Part shown: positions 36,606 through 49,210 of the stretch, one piece after another
How the letters are laid out: each line of letters begins with the position of its first letter
Numbering within the stretch: the stretch's first letter is position 1
Origin: Octopus sinensis
Taxonomy: Eukaryota
Direction of reading: 5' to 3'
Assembly (NCBI RefSeq): GCF_006345805.1
Contig: NC_043005.1
Coordinates: 3,844,001 to 3,908,000, forward strand
DNA length: 64,000 nucleotides
The notes under the pieces: model-generated
What the model saw: the letters and a program-made list of their open reading frames with translations, nothing else
Told to the model about the DNA's origin: nothing
Databases searched by the model: none
Position numbers and translations under genes: made by a program

Positions 36606-37831
36606 ACTACATATTTGTCACATGTCAGGCGACCACCTTACTAATTACAACAAGGGACACCCTGTCATATGCACATAATGGATAAGAAATTGATGTAGGC
36701 CAAAATACGGTTAAGATGCTGGTCAATAAAGTACCCCTCCTTGGTGTGTACCGTTTACATTCCTCGCACAAGAAAACACCATAATCTCCAATTACTTCGT
36801 GTACAGCTGCACTACAGCTGTACAAGCAAAGAATAATGTTTATAAAACCTGGAGGAAGTGCTTCACCATCGTTCTATCAACTGTGGAGGTGTTTTTCCGG
36901 TGATGAAATGCTGGCGAAAATAATCAGAAGAAAGCAAAAGTGTAAATGATACACATCCATTCACTGCACAACCAGCAAATACTGTTGCCTCTCAAATTTC
37001 AGCCCCACACCTTTTGATATCTTACCTGAAGAACATCTAATTACTCTTTGGAACTCTTTTATCTGCTACCCTTCAATCAAAATGTCTCTGGATGCAGCCC
37101 TCCAGCTGGTCGGTTCCCCCCCACCCCGTCTTGTTTTTTTTACTGCCCAGTTATAGTTTAAGCTTTAAGGCTGCATACGCACAGACACAAACACACACAC
37201 ACATACACACTCAGAAATATATAAACACAGACAGACACAATTACACACAGATCCACACATAAACACACAAACACACAGACATAAATATACACATACACGC
37301 GCAAACACACATCCACCCTCCTAAACTCCAAAATTCTTCTTTTCCATGTCATCTACCTCCCTTACTGCACACACACACATACACACTGTCACCAAGTGCA
37401 AAACTTCACCCACTTCTCAATAAAACAAGGTGGACCAGTTGTGATTGTGTCCCTTCTAATATCTCTAAATAGTACTCCAAATCATTACTATACTCTCGTT
37501 TTCTCTCTCCCCTCTCTCTGTCTCCCCCCTCTCTCTGCCTGTCTGATTCTTTGGAAACACGTGACATTTCCTCCTTCCACAAGACAACAGTTTCTCCACC
37601 ACTGCTAAATGTCATCCTGCCACATTCACTACTGACATATGTCAAAGATGAGTGAAACAAGTAAATCAATAAGCAATAATGGCTTGTGATTTAGGCATAT
37701 ATATGGCCAGCAATTTTGAGGGGAAGAGAATTAGTTGATACCATCGATCTCAGTACATGACTGGTATATTATTTTATTGACTCTGGAGTCAAATTTGCCT
37801 TCTGAAAGGCAAAGTTCATTTGGGTGAGATC

Positions 37832-37888
<57 letters not shown>

Positions 37889-38621
37889 GATGATGATGAT
37901 GATGATGATGATAGTTTCAAATTTTGGCACAAAGCCAGCAATTTCAGGGAGGGGGTAAGTTGATTACATCGACCCCATGCTCACCCCAAAAAGATGAATG
38001 CAAAAACAACCTCAAGTGAATTTGAACTCAGAAAGTAAAGACAGATGAAAAGCTACTAAGCATTTATTTTATCTGAAATAATAACAACCAAAATGGTTTC
38101 TAATTTGGGAAAAAGTCCAGCAATTCTGAAGGTAGGAGATAAGTCAATACTGTCAACCCTAGTACTTGACTGATACTTTATTTTATTGACCCAGGATTGA
38201 TAAAAGGCAAAGTGGACTTCAGCAAAATCTGATCCTAAAATGTGAAGAAGTGGAATAAATACACACCAGGCAACTTTCCAGAGGCTCTAACAATTTTGTA
38301 AAATGACACTGGTAGAATATGTACCAGAGTTAAAATAAATACTGGTGTCAATTTGCTTGACTAAACCTTTCGAGGTGGGACCCAGCCTGGCTGTGGTCCA
38401 ATGAATGGAACAAGCAAGAGAATAGAAGATTATAGGAATAAAAGAATTAACCACATAAAATATTGAGAAGAAAGTCTGGTAATTCACTGGCATTCAAAAT
38501 GAAGTCCTGTGTTTCTTTGAGACAGAATACTGCAGCTTGTGCCATTCCACATTTGTATATTCATTATGGGCAGTATTTCAATTTAAAGCTGTTTCAAATA
38601 CATGCATTAATTTAATTATAG

Positions 38622-38712
38622 TCTCGCCAGCTTTTTCACAAATCAGTAAATGTTCTGTTTACTGATTTCTATACTGGAGCAAGCACTTTTGACTTGGTTC
38701 AGAACATCCAAG
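38622..38712 (+). CDS. Candidate 91-nt exon (phase 0 in, phase 1 out)
   Basis: ttaattatag| SRQLFHKSVNVLFTDFYTGASTFDLVQNIQ, then CAAG|gtattt. Frame-compatible with 30671-30813. Confidence 0.15.
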
Positions 38713-39129
38713 GTATTTATCACTGAGGAGATTAAATCAAGTTGAAACACCAGTGTCTGGTGACCCACCAGTGTTTTGAGCAAAGTCTCGTACTTTTTGA
38801 AATACAGGTCTCTTTGATATTACAAAATATTACATAGCTAGTACCATTCAATATTTATATACAAATCCTAAATGATATACACACCATATTATAGTCTTAT
38901 AATCACAGATGTGTTTCTTCAAAATCTCATCAGTGTAACTTCATGGATAATCAAAACCATTTATTTTGGCAAATTTGGTAACCATTTATTACTGGTATAC
39001 ATGTTTCCTTGATTATCCCTAGAGGGCCTCCTGTATCAGAAAGACTACACCACTATCATCCTTTTTTACCCTTTCTTTTTACTGTTGTACACTATGTATA
39101 CTTCCCATCTTTGTTTTATTGCATACTTT

Positions 39130-39336
39130 TATTCTTTTATTTGGTTCAGTCATTTGACTGTGGCCATGCTGGAGCACCACCTTTAGTTGAACAAATCAAC
39201 CCCAGTACTTATTCTTTGTAAGCCTAATACTTATTTTATCGGTCTCTTTTGCCGAACCACTAAGTTATGGGGATGTAAATACACCAGCATTGTTTGTTAA
39301 GTGATGGTGGGGGGGACAAACACAGACATACAATAA

Positions 39337-39371
<35 letters not shown>

Positions 39372-39532
39372 GATGGGCTTCTTTCAGTTTCCGTCTACCA
39401 AATCCACTCACAAGGCTTTGGTCGGCCCGAGGCTATAGTAGAAGACACTTGCCCAAGGTGCAACGCAGTGGAACTGAACCCAGAACCATATGGTTGGTAA
39501 GCAAGCTACTTACCACACAGCCACTCCTGCAC
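39130..39532 (-). mobile_element. SINE family B, near-complete reference copy
   Basis: tRNA-like A/B boxes (GTGGCTGTGTGG, GGTTCAGTTC), CTTGGGCAAGT core, central (TG)n and 3' half. Confidence 0.85.
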
Positions 39533-41262
39533 CTAACTTTCTATATTTTTTTATCCTTTCATTAAATGAACTCCCCCCTCCCCACTTTATATTCATCTTT
39601 GTATTGTCTCCCTCATCATTTGCTCTGGTGGCAAATAAGATAAATTTTCATCATTATTATCATCATCATTACTATCATTATCAAGGAGGCAACGTTCTGA
39701 GTTCAAATGCTGCCAAGGTTGACTTTGCCTTTCATCCTTTCAATTGAGTACTAATTGAGTACTGGGGTTAATGTGATCAACTTACCCCCTCCCCCAAAAT
39801 TTCAGGCCTTGTGCCTACAGCAGAAAGGATCATTCAGGAGGCAACCTGGCAAAATCATGAGGGCATCATAGAAAAATGCTTAGCAGCATGTCTTCCAGTT
39901 CTTTACGTTCTCAACTTAAATTCTAGCAGGACCTACTTTACCTTTCGTCCTTCCAGGATCAATAAAATAAATACTAATTGAGCACGAGAGGTTGATGTAA
40001 TTAACTAACCACCCCCCACTAAAAATTGCTGGCTTTGTGCCAAATTTAAAAAGAATTCATATCATTATTATTGATGTTGTAAGAATTGTATAAACTTTCA
40101 AGACAACATAGAAATTGATTATAGATTTATGTGCACTTTGAGATAGGTTATTCCAAAAATATCCATTTCATGTATCTTGAAAGTTTACAAAATTCTACAA
40201 TTCTTTCTGGTAAGAATAAAGTTTCTAAAACAGAAAGAGACACTTGAAGGACTGCTTTGCTCCATTTGTAGAACAACTGATATGTCTACAGGAGATGTAG
40301 GTTCAAGTCTCACAGACAGCATTTGATTTTTCCCACCCCCAATGCTTTTCAACCTAATATTTTACATGCTATTGTTTATAACTGTATGTGTATGCTTTGA
40401 GATATACTATTCCACTATAAATTATTTTTATTATTTCCTCTTTTTTTTCCTAAGCTTACCACATATTTTCCTGTATTTTTTTTTATCATTTTGAAAGAAG
40501 TAAAAATGAGGTGGAAAATATGGTACAATGGCATTACTGACAGGAAATAAGCTCTAATCTGAACCCAGCGGAATAAAATGACAAAGATATTATTCTGTAT
40601 TTGACTGTTTAAACAGAAATGTAAATAATATCTTACCATGAACAGTAGGATAACATTATTAGTACTGGACGTTGGATCGGCTGTTGCTTTGATCTTTAAT
40701 AACCCTGGCAGAACTTTCTAGGAGTGAAACATCATTTATAAATATACATATATACATATATATTACATACACACACACATACTGCTAGGTATTGGTTCCA
40801 TTTTCTCTTTCTCTCATGTGTTACACACACACACACACACACATATGCAAAGATACATGCATATATATGTAATGTTCTGTACACGTGTGTCAGGCACAGA
40901 CAACATGGAGGGACAAGCCCATACCAGATATTATACACTTCCTCTATAAACAAGGGACAGCGAAATCTTTCTTTAATGAGGACAGAACAATTTTGATCTC
41001 CTTCAGCATCATGAAGGCATAATTAATATAGAAATCAAAGAAACCAACTGATTTTACATCCTCTCTGCGGAGGAACACAAACACACACTAAAAACCCTCA
41101 AATTATATATACTCCCTGAGGATATCGCACGGCCTATCCCACATGTGTAAAATTTCAACATCAACCTCCCACAAAATAATTGAGCATTGAACAGCCCATA
41201 TCATAGCACACACACATACACACACACATACACACACATTTATATACATATTTATATATATA

Positions 41263-41328
<66 letters not shown>

Positions 41329-41357
41329 CACATATGCACACACATACATGTACATAC

Positions 41358-41641
41358 ACACATGGTATGATCAATAGGTATCCGGACTGTTGCCATAGTA
41401 ACAAAGCTAAAGCACGAAGAGTGAAGATGCTTGGCACAGATTGACCTTGAAGTCTGCTGTGCAAGCACATTAAGTTTTGACATTCTAGCTCACTTCTGCT
41501 GTTTACAGCTGTGCTTGGAAGGGAGGTGTGTAGTGTGTGATCATCACGTTAATCATAAAGTTGAGCAGAGAATCTGCATCAAATTTCACCAAAAGCTTGG
41601 CAATACCTGCTCAGAGACCTATGCAAAGTTTTCAAAAAGTT
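41358..41641 (+). mobile_element. mariner 5' remnant
   Basis: TIR-like GGTATGATCAATAGGTATCCGGACT; N-terminal peptide EQRICIKFHQKLGNTCSETYAK. Confidence 0.75.
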
Positions 41642-42022
41642 TTCATCCTTCTTGACACTATTATGCAACCGAAACCCAAGTGTCTTTTTTGGTCAGCTGA
41701 AAACAGTTTTGGCACAAACTTAGCAGACATGAGTCTGACACACAAATCTTCAGTGATGATGGACTGAACTGAACCGTAACTAATCTGCACATCCTCTGAT
41801 AAGTCAGGGATGGTGATTTGACAATTTCCCCTTACAGCTACATGCACTGTGATGTTTTTCTCAGTTCTGCTGGTTGCGCGCTGCCCAAAACATTTGTCAA
41901 TATCAACATTTTTTTGTCCATCTTGGAAACATCAGAAGCACTCAATACACTTCTGTGTGGCTCATACACTCCTCTCCATACTCTTCCTGCAACTTTGCGT
42001 AAGCCTCTGAGCAGATATCACC
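41642..42022 (-). mobile_element. mariner transposase fragment in opposite orientation
   Basis: ICSEAYAKLQEEYGEECMSHTEVY...QRATSRTEKNI...LSEDVQISYGSVQSIITEDLCVRLMSAKFVPKLFSADQK. Confidence 0.8.
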
Positions 42023-42111
42023 ATGACAACTTCTCTGTCATGGTCAACGTGACAATCACTATCTCCTCTTTCTATGTTTTCTACTACCACCACTACTATG
42101 ATACGCTTTGT

Positions 42112-42490
42112 GGAGGTACAATGGCCCAGTGGTTAGGGCAGCAGACTCGCGGTCGTAGGATCATGGTTTCGATTCCCAAACCAGGTGTTGTGAGTGTTTA
42201 TTGAGTGAAAACACCTAAAACTCCATGAGGATCTGACAGGGGATGGTGACAAACCCTGCTGCACTCTTTCACCACAACTTTCTCTCACTCTTTCTCCCTG
42301 TTTCTGTTGTACCTGTATTTGAAAGCGCCAGCCTTGTCACACACAATCTTCCCGATTGTCACACACAATCTACGTTAAGGGTACACATGTCTGTGGAGGG
42401 CTCAGCCACTTGCACATAAAATTCACGAGCAGGCTGTTCTGTTGATCGGATCAACTGGAACCCTTATCGTTGTAACCAACGGAATACCAC
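42112..42490 (+). mobile_element. tRNA-headed SINE (family D)
   Basis: A-box TGGCCCAGTGG, B-box GGTTTCGATTCC. The 3' part is shared with 62085-62635 and 27340-27520. Confidence 0.7.
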
Positions 42491-42881
42491 ATATGATACT
42501 CTTTGCTCATCTAAACCTCACCCCAGTCCTACCAATGTACCATTCTCTTCTCCACTTATTCACCCAAACAATGTCTCATCTCTCCATGGATTCCATCCTG
42601 CAATTCTCCCCAAGAGCAATAATCATCTGAAATTCCCTCCTTGTTTGCATTTCTTTCTTTCTACAAACAGGTGTTTAAGATGGACAACTAATATCTGTCT
42701 ACCTGGCTTCAGAAGGTCCAGGTGTAGGCATGGCTGTGAGGTATGAAGTGTGCTTCCCAACCATGTCTCTTGGATTCAGTCCCAATGCATGGAACTTTGG
42801 GCCAACTAAAACCTTGTGAGTGGATTTAGCAGAAGGAAGTTGAAAGAAGCCTGTTGTATATGTGTATGTATATATACATAC

Positions 42882-42954
<73 letters not shown>

Positions 42955-42955
<1 letters not shown>

Positions 42956-43335
42956 TGAGTCAAGTACATCAACATCAAAATAAATATCAAATGGAAATTG
43001 TAGTTGCGATACATGTGCAGGTAGCATGTAAAAAGCACCATTCGAACGTGGCCGATGCCAGTGCTGCCTTCATTGGCTTCTGTGCCAGTGGCACATAAAA
43101 AGCACCAACCGATCATGGCCGCTGCCAGCCTCTTCTGGCACCTGTGCCTGTGGCACATAAAAAGCACCCACTACACTCACAGAGTGGTTGGCGTTAAGAA
43201 GGGCATCCAGCTGTAGAAACACTGCCAGATCAGACTGGAGCCTGGTGCAGCCTCCTGGCTTCCCAGACCCCGGTCAAACCATCCAACCTGTGCTAGCACG
43301 GAAAACGGACGTTAAATGATGATGATGATAATGAT
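42955..43335 (+). mobile_element. RTE 3'UTR fragment
   Basis: Three VNTR units, core and (GAT)n tail. Confidence 0.85.
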
Positions 43336-43386
43336 ACATACATACATACCTACATATATACACACACATATATATGTATGTATATA

Positions 43387-43677
43387 CAGTGGCAGACTGG
43401 GTCTAAAAATATTGGTTGCCAGGAGACTAAAGGGGTCCACCTGCAACTACAATGTTAACATTTAATTTTTTTTTTCATTAAAAGTATTCTTTTCACCTGT
43501 CTACAAACACAGCCAAGCTACAATAATTAATGCATTTGTCTAGGAGTAAATAAAAAATTCTCAAATTTGAGGGTATGGGCCACTTAGATACTAACATGGG
43601 CCCTCATATATCAATTCTAATGGCGCAGGGGTCCACTTGCTATTGGGAAAACTGGCAACCTGGCCAGTCTGCCACTG
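43387..43677. mobile_element. hAT-type MITE
   Basis: Perfect 14-bp TIR CAGTGGCAGACTGG; 8-bp TSD TGTATATA / AGTATATA. Confidence 0.85.
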
Positions 43678-43705
43678 AGTATATATATATATATATATAT
43701 ATATA

Positions 43706-46700
43706 TCATCATCATCATCGTTTAACGTCCGCTTTCCGCGCTAGCACGGGTTGGACGGTTCGACCGGGTCTGGGAAGCCAGGGGCCGCTCCAGGCTCCAG
43801 TCTGAATCTGGCAGAGTTTCTACGGCTGGATGCCCTTCCTAACGCCAACCACTCCGTGAGTGGATTGGGTGCTTTTTACGTGCCACCTGCACAGGGGCCG
43901 GAGGGTCCGGCATCGGTCACGATCGGTTCGAGCTTTTAACGTGTCAGCGGCATGGGGGCAACGAGGTCCGGGGTACTTTGGGGATCGGGTACTTTGGGGA
44001 TCCAGGGTACTTGGGGATCCGGGGTACTTAGAATGGGTAGGGGGTATGTGGAATTGCTGCAGAAAGCAGCCCGGGTCTTTGTAGTCACAGCATATCTCCA
44101 GAGATCTCGGTCCTTCGCCATTGCCTCAGTGAGGCCCAATGCTCTGAGGTCATGCTTGACTACCTCATCCCATGTCTTCCTGGGTCTACCTCTCCCCCTG
44201 ATACCTTCAACTGTTTGGGAGTGGCACTTCTTCACACATCTCTCTTCATCCATCCGCACCACATGACCATACCATCGCAAGCGTCGCTCTTGCACACCAC
44301 ATCTGATGCTTCTTATATCCAGCATTTCTCTCAGGATGCTTACACTCTGTCTTGCGTGCACACTGACACTACACATCCAGCGGATCATGCTAGCTTCATT
44401 TCTTTCAAGTCTACGCATGTCTTCTGCAGTCACAGCCCATGTTTCATTACCGTGAAGCATGGCAGTTCGCACACATGCATCATACAATCTACCTTTTGCT
44501 CTGAGGGAGAGACCTTTTGTTGCCAGTAGGGGTAGGAGCTTTCTGAACTTTGCCCAGGCTATTCGTATTCTAGTGGTGATACTCTCTGTGCATCCACCTC
44601 CGCTACTAACTTGGTCACCCAGGTAGCGGAAACTATCAACTACTTCTAGTTTCTCTCCCTGGAGTGTGATGGAATCTGTTTTCTGAGTGTCTGTTGTGTC
44701 TATTGTCCCTGTGCATCTGCCGCACACGAAAGCTATCTTATCTGTTAATTTCCCTTTAATGTTGCTGCACCTCTTATGTGTCCATAACTTACATTGGTGC
44801 ATCTTATGGAGTTTCTACCTGTACCTTTCCTACAGGTTGAGCAGGGCCACCTACCCGAGGGAGTGTGTGCTGAGTACCTCTTGCTGCTTACTAATACTTT
44901 GGTCTTGCTACATTTATTCTAAGGCCCTTTGATTCCAACCCTTGCTTCCACACCCGAAATTTCTCTTCTAGTTCCGGTAGTGATTCTGCTATGAGAGCTA
45001 GGTCATCGGCATAGAGGAGCTCCCAGGGGCATCCCGTTTTGAATTCCTCTGTTATTGCCTGAAGGACTATGATGAATAAAAGGGGACTGAGGGCTGAGCC
45101 CTGGTGCACACCTACTTCTACCCGGAATTCTTCACTATATTCGTTGCCAATCCTAACCTTGCTGACAGCCTCTCTGTATAGAGCCTGTACAGCCCTTATT
45201 AGCCATTCTTCAATCTCCAGTTTCCGCATCGACCACCAGATAAGGGAACGGGGAACCCTGTCAAAGGCTTTCTCCAAGTCTACAAAAGCTATGTAGAGGG
45301 GTTTATCTTTAGCTAGGTACTTCTCCTGCAGTTGTCGGACCAGGAATATAGCATCAGTGGTGCTTCTACCTGGTACAAAACCGAACTGCATTTCATCTAA
45401 ACAAATTCTCTCCCTAATGAGATTGGTTATGACCTTCTCTGAGACCTTCATCACCTGGTCCAACAGTTTGATACCTCTGTAGTTATTTCTATCTAGAGCA
45501 TCACCCTTACCCTTGTAGCAGTTGACTATGGTGCTGCTGCACCAGTCATTGGGTATGACTCCATTGTGAACTACCTGGTTTACAATGCGGGTGACTATGG
45601 CATAGCCCACATAGCCAGCTGTTTTAAGCATCTCAGCAGTGATTCCTGATAGGCCAGGGGCTTTGCCTGGTTTCATATCCTTAATTGCCTTATCTACAAG
45701 GGAGCTGTCTATTCGGGTAGCTGGTCCCTCTACTGGGTCAACATTTGGCAGGCTCTCCTCCTCCCATTCATTCTCCTCATTCAGCAGTCTTTCATAATGG
45801 CTTCTCCAAGCTCTTTCTTTTCACTAGTAGTAAAAGCAAGTGCCCCATCATCCATGCGGACACATTTCTCTCCTATAACATCGCTATTTTCTCTGACACA
45901 CTGTCTGGCAATCCGAAATACTTCAGCTCTTTGATCCTCACGACGCTGGACATTGGCAAACTTCTTCTTTTCTGCTACATCTTTGGCAATGTATACCTGC
46001 CGCCCAGCCTCCCTTTTGGCTATCTGGTACAGTTCCCTGCTGCCCCCATCCTTCCAGGCTTTCCAGGCCCGTCTCTTTTCACAGATGGCTTTATCTACTG
46101 CACTATTCCACCACCACGTAATTCTAGGTCTGGAAGGGACTTTGCACCATCCACAGACTTGGTCTGTGGCACTCAGCAAGCTGTCCCATAGGAATTCCCA
46201 GCTACCTTCTATGTCTGACGTCTGAAGCTCCTCCTCCCTCTCATCAAATTTCTTGATGAGTATGTCCCTAAATTTCTGACCATGCGAAGGGTTCTTTAGC
46301 CTCCAAATCCTTCTTTTCTGGATTGGTTTGTTTCTTGGAGTCCTTCTGGCCTCAAGCTTAAAGTCACTGATGATTAGTCTATGCTGAGGGATACATTCTT
46401 CACCCGGGAGGGTCTTTGTATTCAAGAGCAACCCTGCATCCCGTTGTCTGGTGAGGATGAAGTCTATTTGGCTAGCGGAGTCTCCTGACTGATAAGTTAT
46501 AAGGTGGCAGACTGGCTTCTTGAAGTTAGTGTTGCAGATTGAAAGGTTACATGCATCACAGAATTCCAGCAGTCTAGTTCCCTCATCATTTCTGGTGCCA
46601 ATACCATAGCCACCATGTACCCCAGTGAAGATACCCGATTCCCGCCCAACATGCCCATTAAAATCTCCACCTACAAAGATGAGGTCCTTGTTACTAGTCT

Positions 46701-46884
46701 TTGAAGTAGCCTGCAGAAGGGTATCATAAAAGTTGTCCTTCTGATCATTTGGTAGTCCCGCTTGTGGGGCATTGGCTGAGATAATCATAGCTGTGCCACT
46801 CTGTAGGACCAACCTGAGCTTAAGCACTCTATCACAAACCCTGACAACCTCTATGACCTTATCCACCCATTCCTCCGCAAGGAG
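43706..46884 (-). mobile_element. 5'-truncated RTE LINE, copy 3 (divergent subfamily), with APE endonuclease, RT and PHD-like finger
   Basis: APE motifs GDFNGHVG, IDFIL, HRLIISDF (ORF 45781-47058); RT with YADD (44891-45676); C-terminus (43936-44802); shared 3' core and tail. Confidence 0.95.
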
Positions 46885-46910
46885 GTGTGTGTGTGTGTGT
46901 GTGTATATAC

Positions 46911-46954
<44 letters not shown>

Positions 46955-47442
46955 GTATGTATATATGTATATATGTATGAGTGTATAAGTCTGTGCTTGT
47001 GCTTGTCACCCACCACCACTTGACAACTGGAGTTAGTTTGTTTACATCTCTGCAACATAGCAGTTCAACAAATGAGAATGATAGAATAAGGCTTAAAAAC
47101 AAATATAAGTACTGAGGTCAATTCATTTAACTAAACTTTTGAAGGCTGTGCTCCAGTATGGCCGCAGTCCAGTGACTGAAGCAAGTAAAAGAATAAAAGA
47201 ATACTCCTTATTCTTTGACTAACACATACACACACACATACACACACACTCATGAGCACAGACTACACAGACACACATACACACAAACACATAGACACAC
47301 ACGGTTACAAAGATGCAAATACACAGACATACACACACACACACGTTGAAAGGCATACCAGTCACAACCATCCAGTGATTTTTTTATCTAATCACAATAA
47401 ATCCCAGGCTACATCAGCCAATTATGGTCAAGTGTGATTTAA

Positions 47443-47653
47443 CCCTTTCAATACCAGCCTACCTGAGACCCCCACCTAGTTCTATGATACAAACTTCCTG
47501 TTTTAAAGAGATCTAAATTAAAACTTTCCACCATAATTCCATGGTTCAAACACCAACTTAATTATGTCAAAATCATTTTACTAAATTCTTCATTATTTCC
47601 AAAACTAATTGAAAAAGGCAGGGTATTTCAACAGAAATATGGTAACAAAAGGG
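47443..47653 (-). mobile_element. piggyBac-type (TTAA) MITE
   Basis: CCCTTT...AAAGGG termini, left TTAA; reverse complement of the 62861-63081 family. Confidence 0.75.
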
Positions 47654-47654
47654 T

Positions 47655-48269
47655 ATTAAATCTGTTTTTGATTCGACGGTCATTCGGAATGCTCACAGCA
47701 GCCATATTCCTGCCACTCTATGTCACGCTGGTGAGACCCATATTGGAGTATGGGATTCAAGCCTCTTCTCCTTATCTCCTCAAAGACACACAGCACCTCG
47801 AAAGAGTCCAGAAGCTGGCTACCCGCCTGGTTCATGGTCTCAAAAATTTGTCCTACGAAGAAAGGCTGAGGACGCTCGACCTTTATTCTCTTGAAAAACG
47901 CCGCCGCCGTGGTGATCTCATTCTCGCCCACAACATCATAAGCGGGAAGTGTAACCTCTCGAAAGAGCTGTTCTTCACTCCTGCTCCGGAGCGTTGGCTG
48001 CGGGGTCATTCCGAAAAGCTCTACCTGCGACGATTTCATCTCAATCGAAGGAGAGGAGCTTTCTCCGTCCGGGTTGCGGATCCGTGGAACAAGCTACCAG
48101 ACGAGATGGTGAAGATGCCGACGACCGCTTTGTTCAAAGCCTCCCTGGACCTCAAGTGGCCTGAACTCTTTACATGAACACCACCCTGTACTTAACTCCA
48201 TGTCCCCCTACATGGCCTTGCTATTTGCTTTTGAGCCAAATTAACTAACTAACTAACTAACTAACTAAC
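47655..48269 (+). mobile_element. CR1/L2-like LINE 3' fragment with (TAAC)n tail
   Basis: Open 169-aa frame LYVTLVRPILEY...LERVQKLATR...SYEERL..LDLYSLEKRRRRGDLI...FSVRVADPWNKLP; tail at 48241-48269. Confidence 0.9.
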
Positions 48270-49161
48270 ATTTAGACTTGGGTTATCCCTGATTGAGCAG
48301 TCTAAAAATAAAAGATGCTTCAGTCACAAACATCCATGTATATCTAGGACAACACAATTCAACGTCTCCTTCCTTTCTTATTTTTCTTTTAAATAATTTG
48401 CTGTAATGTGAAAGAGATTTGGCAGTTTTTTTCATCATGTCAAACAACTGAGAACAGGTTTTCTCTTTAACCTTTTAGCATTCAGATTACTCTGTCAAAT
48501 GTAATGCTTACTTATTCTCATCATTTAAAATTAATCAGGCATTATCTCTTTGCAATTTCGATGATATAACTCTTTTACTCTTGAAGTGTAGCCCTAGGTC
48601 CTACTTGATTCAGCAGAATAAAAATCAACACCCAGAAATTTTAGAGATATGTAGAACTACATGGAGGACTGGTTGATGTTTCTAGCAGCATGACCGACCA
48701 CCTAGAAGCTGGGCCCATTCAGGAAATTTAAAATGGCTTCCAAACTGATCCTTAATTGAGATGTCAGCTTCCCTGCCTCACTCAACAACAAAGGGGCCAC
48801 ACCTAGAGTATTAATCAATTGAATTGGGGTAGGTAGGAAACCTAGACAAAACAAACCACAAACTCTTCACCCATCACCTGACAACTAAACAACAACAACA
48901 CAAGAAAAAGTAGACTGTTATCTATTAGATGCCATCTTTGTTTTCCTTGTGTGTGTGTGTGTGTGTGCATGTGCAGATATGTGTATAAACAAAGATATAT
49001 CCGTGTATGTATGAGTATATATGTGAGTGTATGTATATATATATATGTGTGTGTGTGTGTATACACACACACACACACATATATGCATATATGTTAAATA
49101 AAATGAGACAACAAAGCCAAGGCCATATGGAATTTTCGGGAAATTTATAAAGAGAAGGTTA

Positions 49162-49210
49162 GTCTTACTGCTGTTTCTGGGACATTAGGGATATCCCTTC
49201 ATCAGAGATG
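49162..49210 (-). ncRNA. Type I hammerhead ribozyme motif in a Penelope-like remnant (~49100-49490)
   Basis: Minus strand reads ATCT CTGATGA A GGGATA-TCCCTAA-TGTCCC A GAAAC AGCA GTA AGAC. The upstream minus frame HRQEAFLPILKTTFFG* loosely resembles a PLE GIY-YIG C-terminus. Confidence 0.7.

Larger units (their letters stand above)
42722..47205 (+). mobile_element. SINE family B copy expanded to ~4.5 kb by nested insertions
   Basis: 5' half 42722-42860 and 3' half 46985-47205 are in the same orientation and flank three inserts, each bounded by microsatellite. Confidence 0.65.

Noticed and set aside
40090-40200. Imperfect inverted repeat (TAAACTTTCAAGA / TCTTGAAAGTTTA)
   Set aside because: Too decayed to classify; no hammerhead core or TSD.
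42112-42185. tRNA gene
   Set aside because: A and B boxes are present but there is no proper acceptor stem, and it continues into a repeat body, so it is a SINE head. The same applies at 50800-50870.
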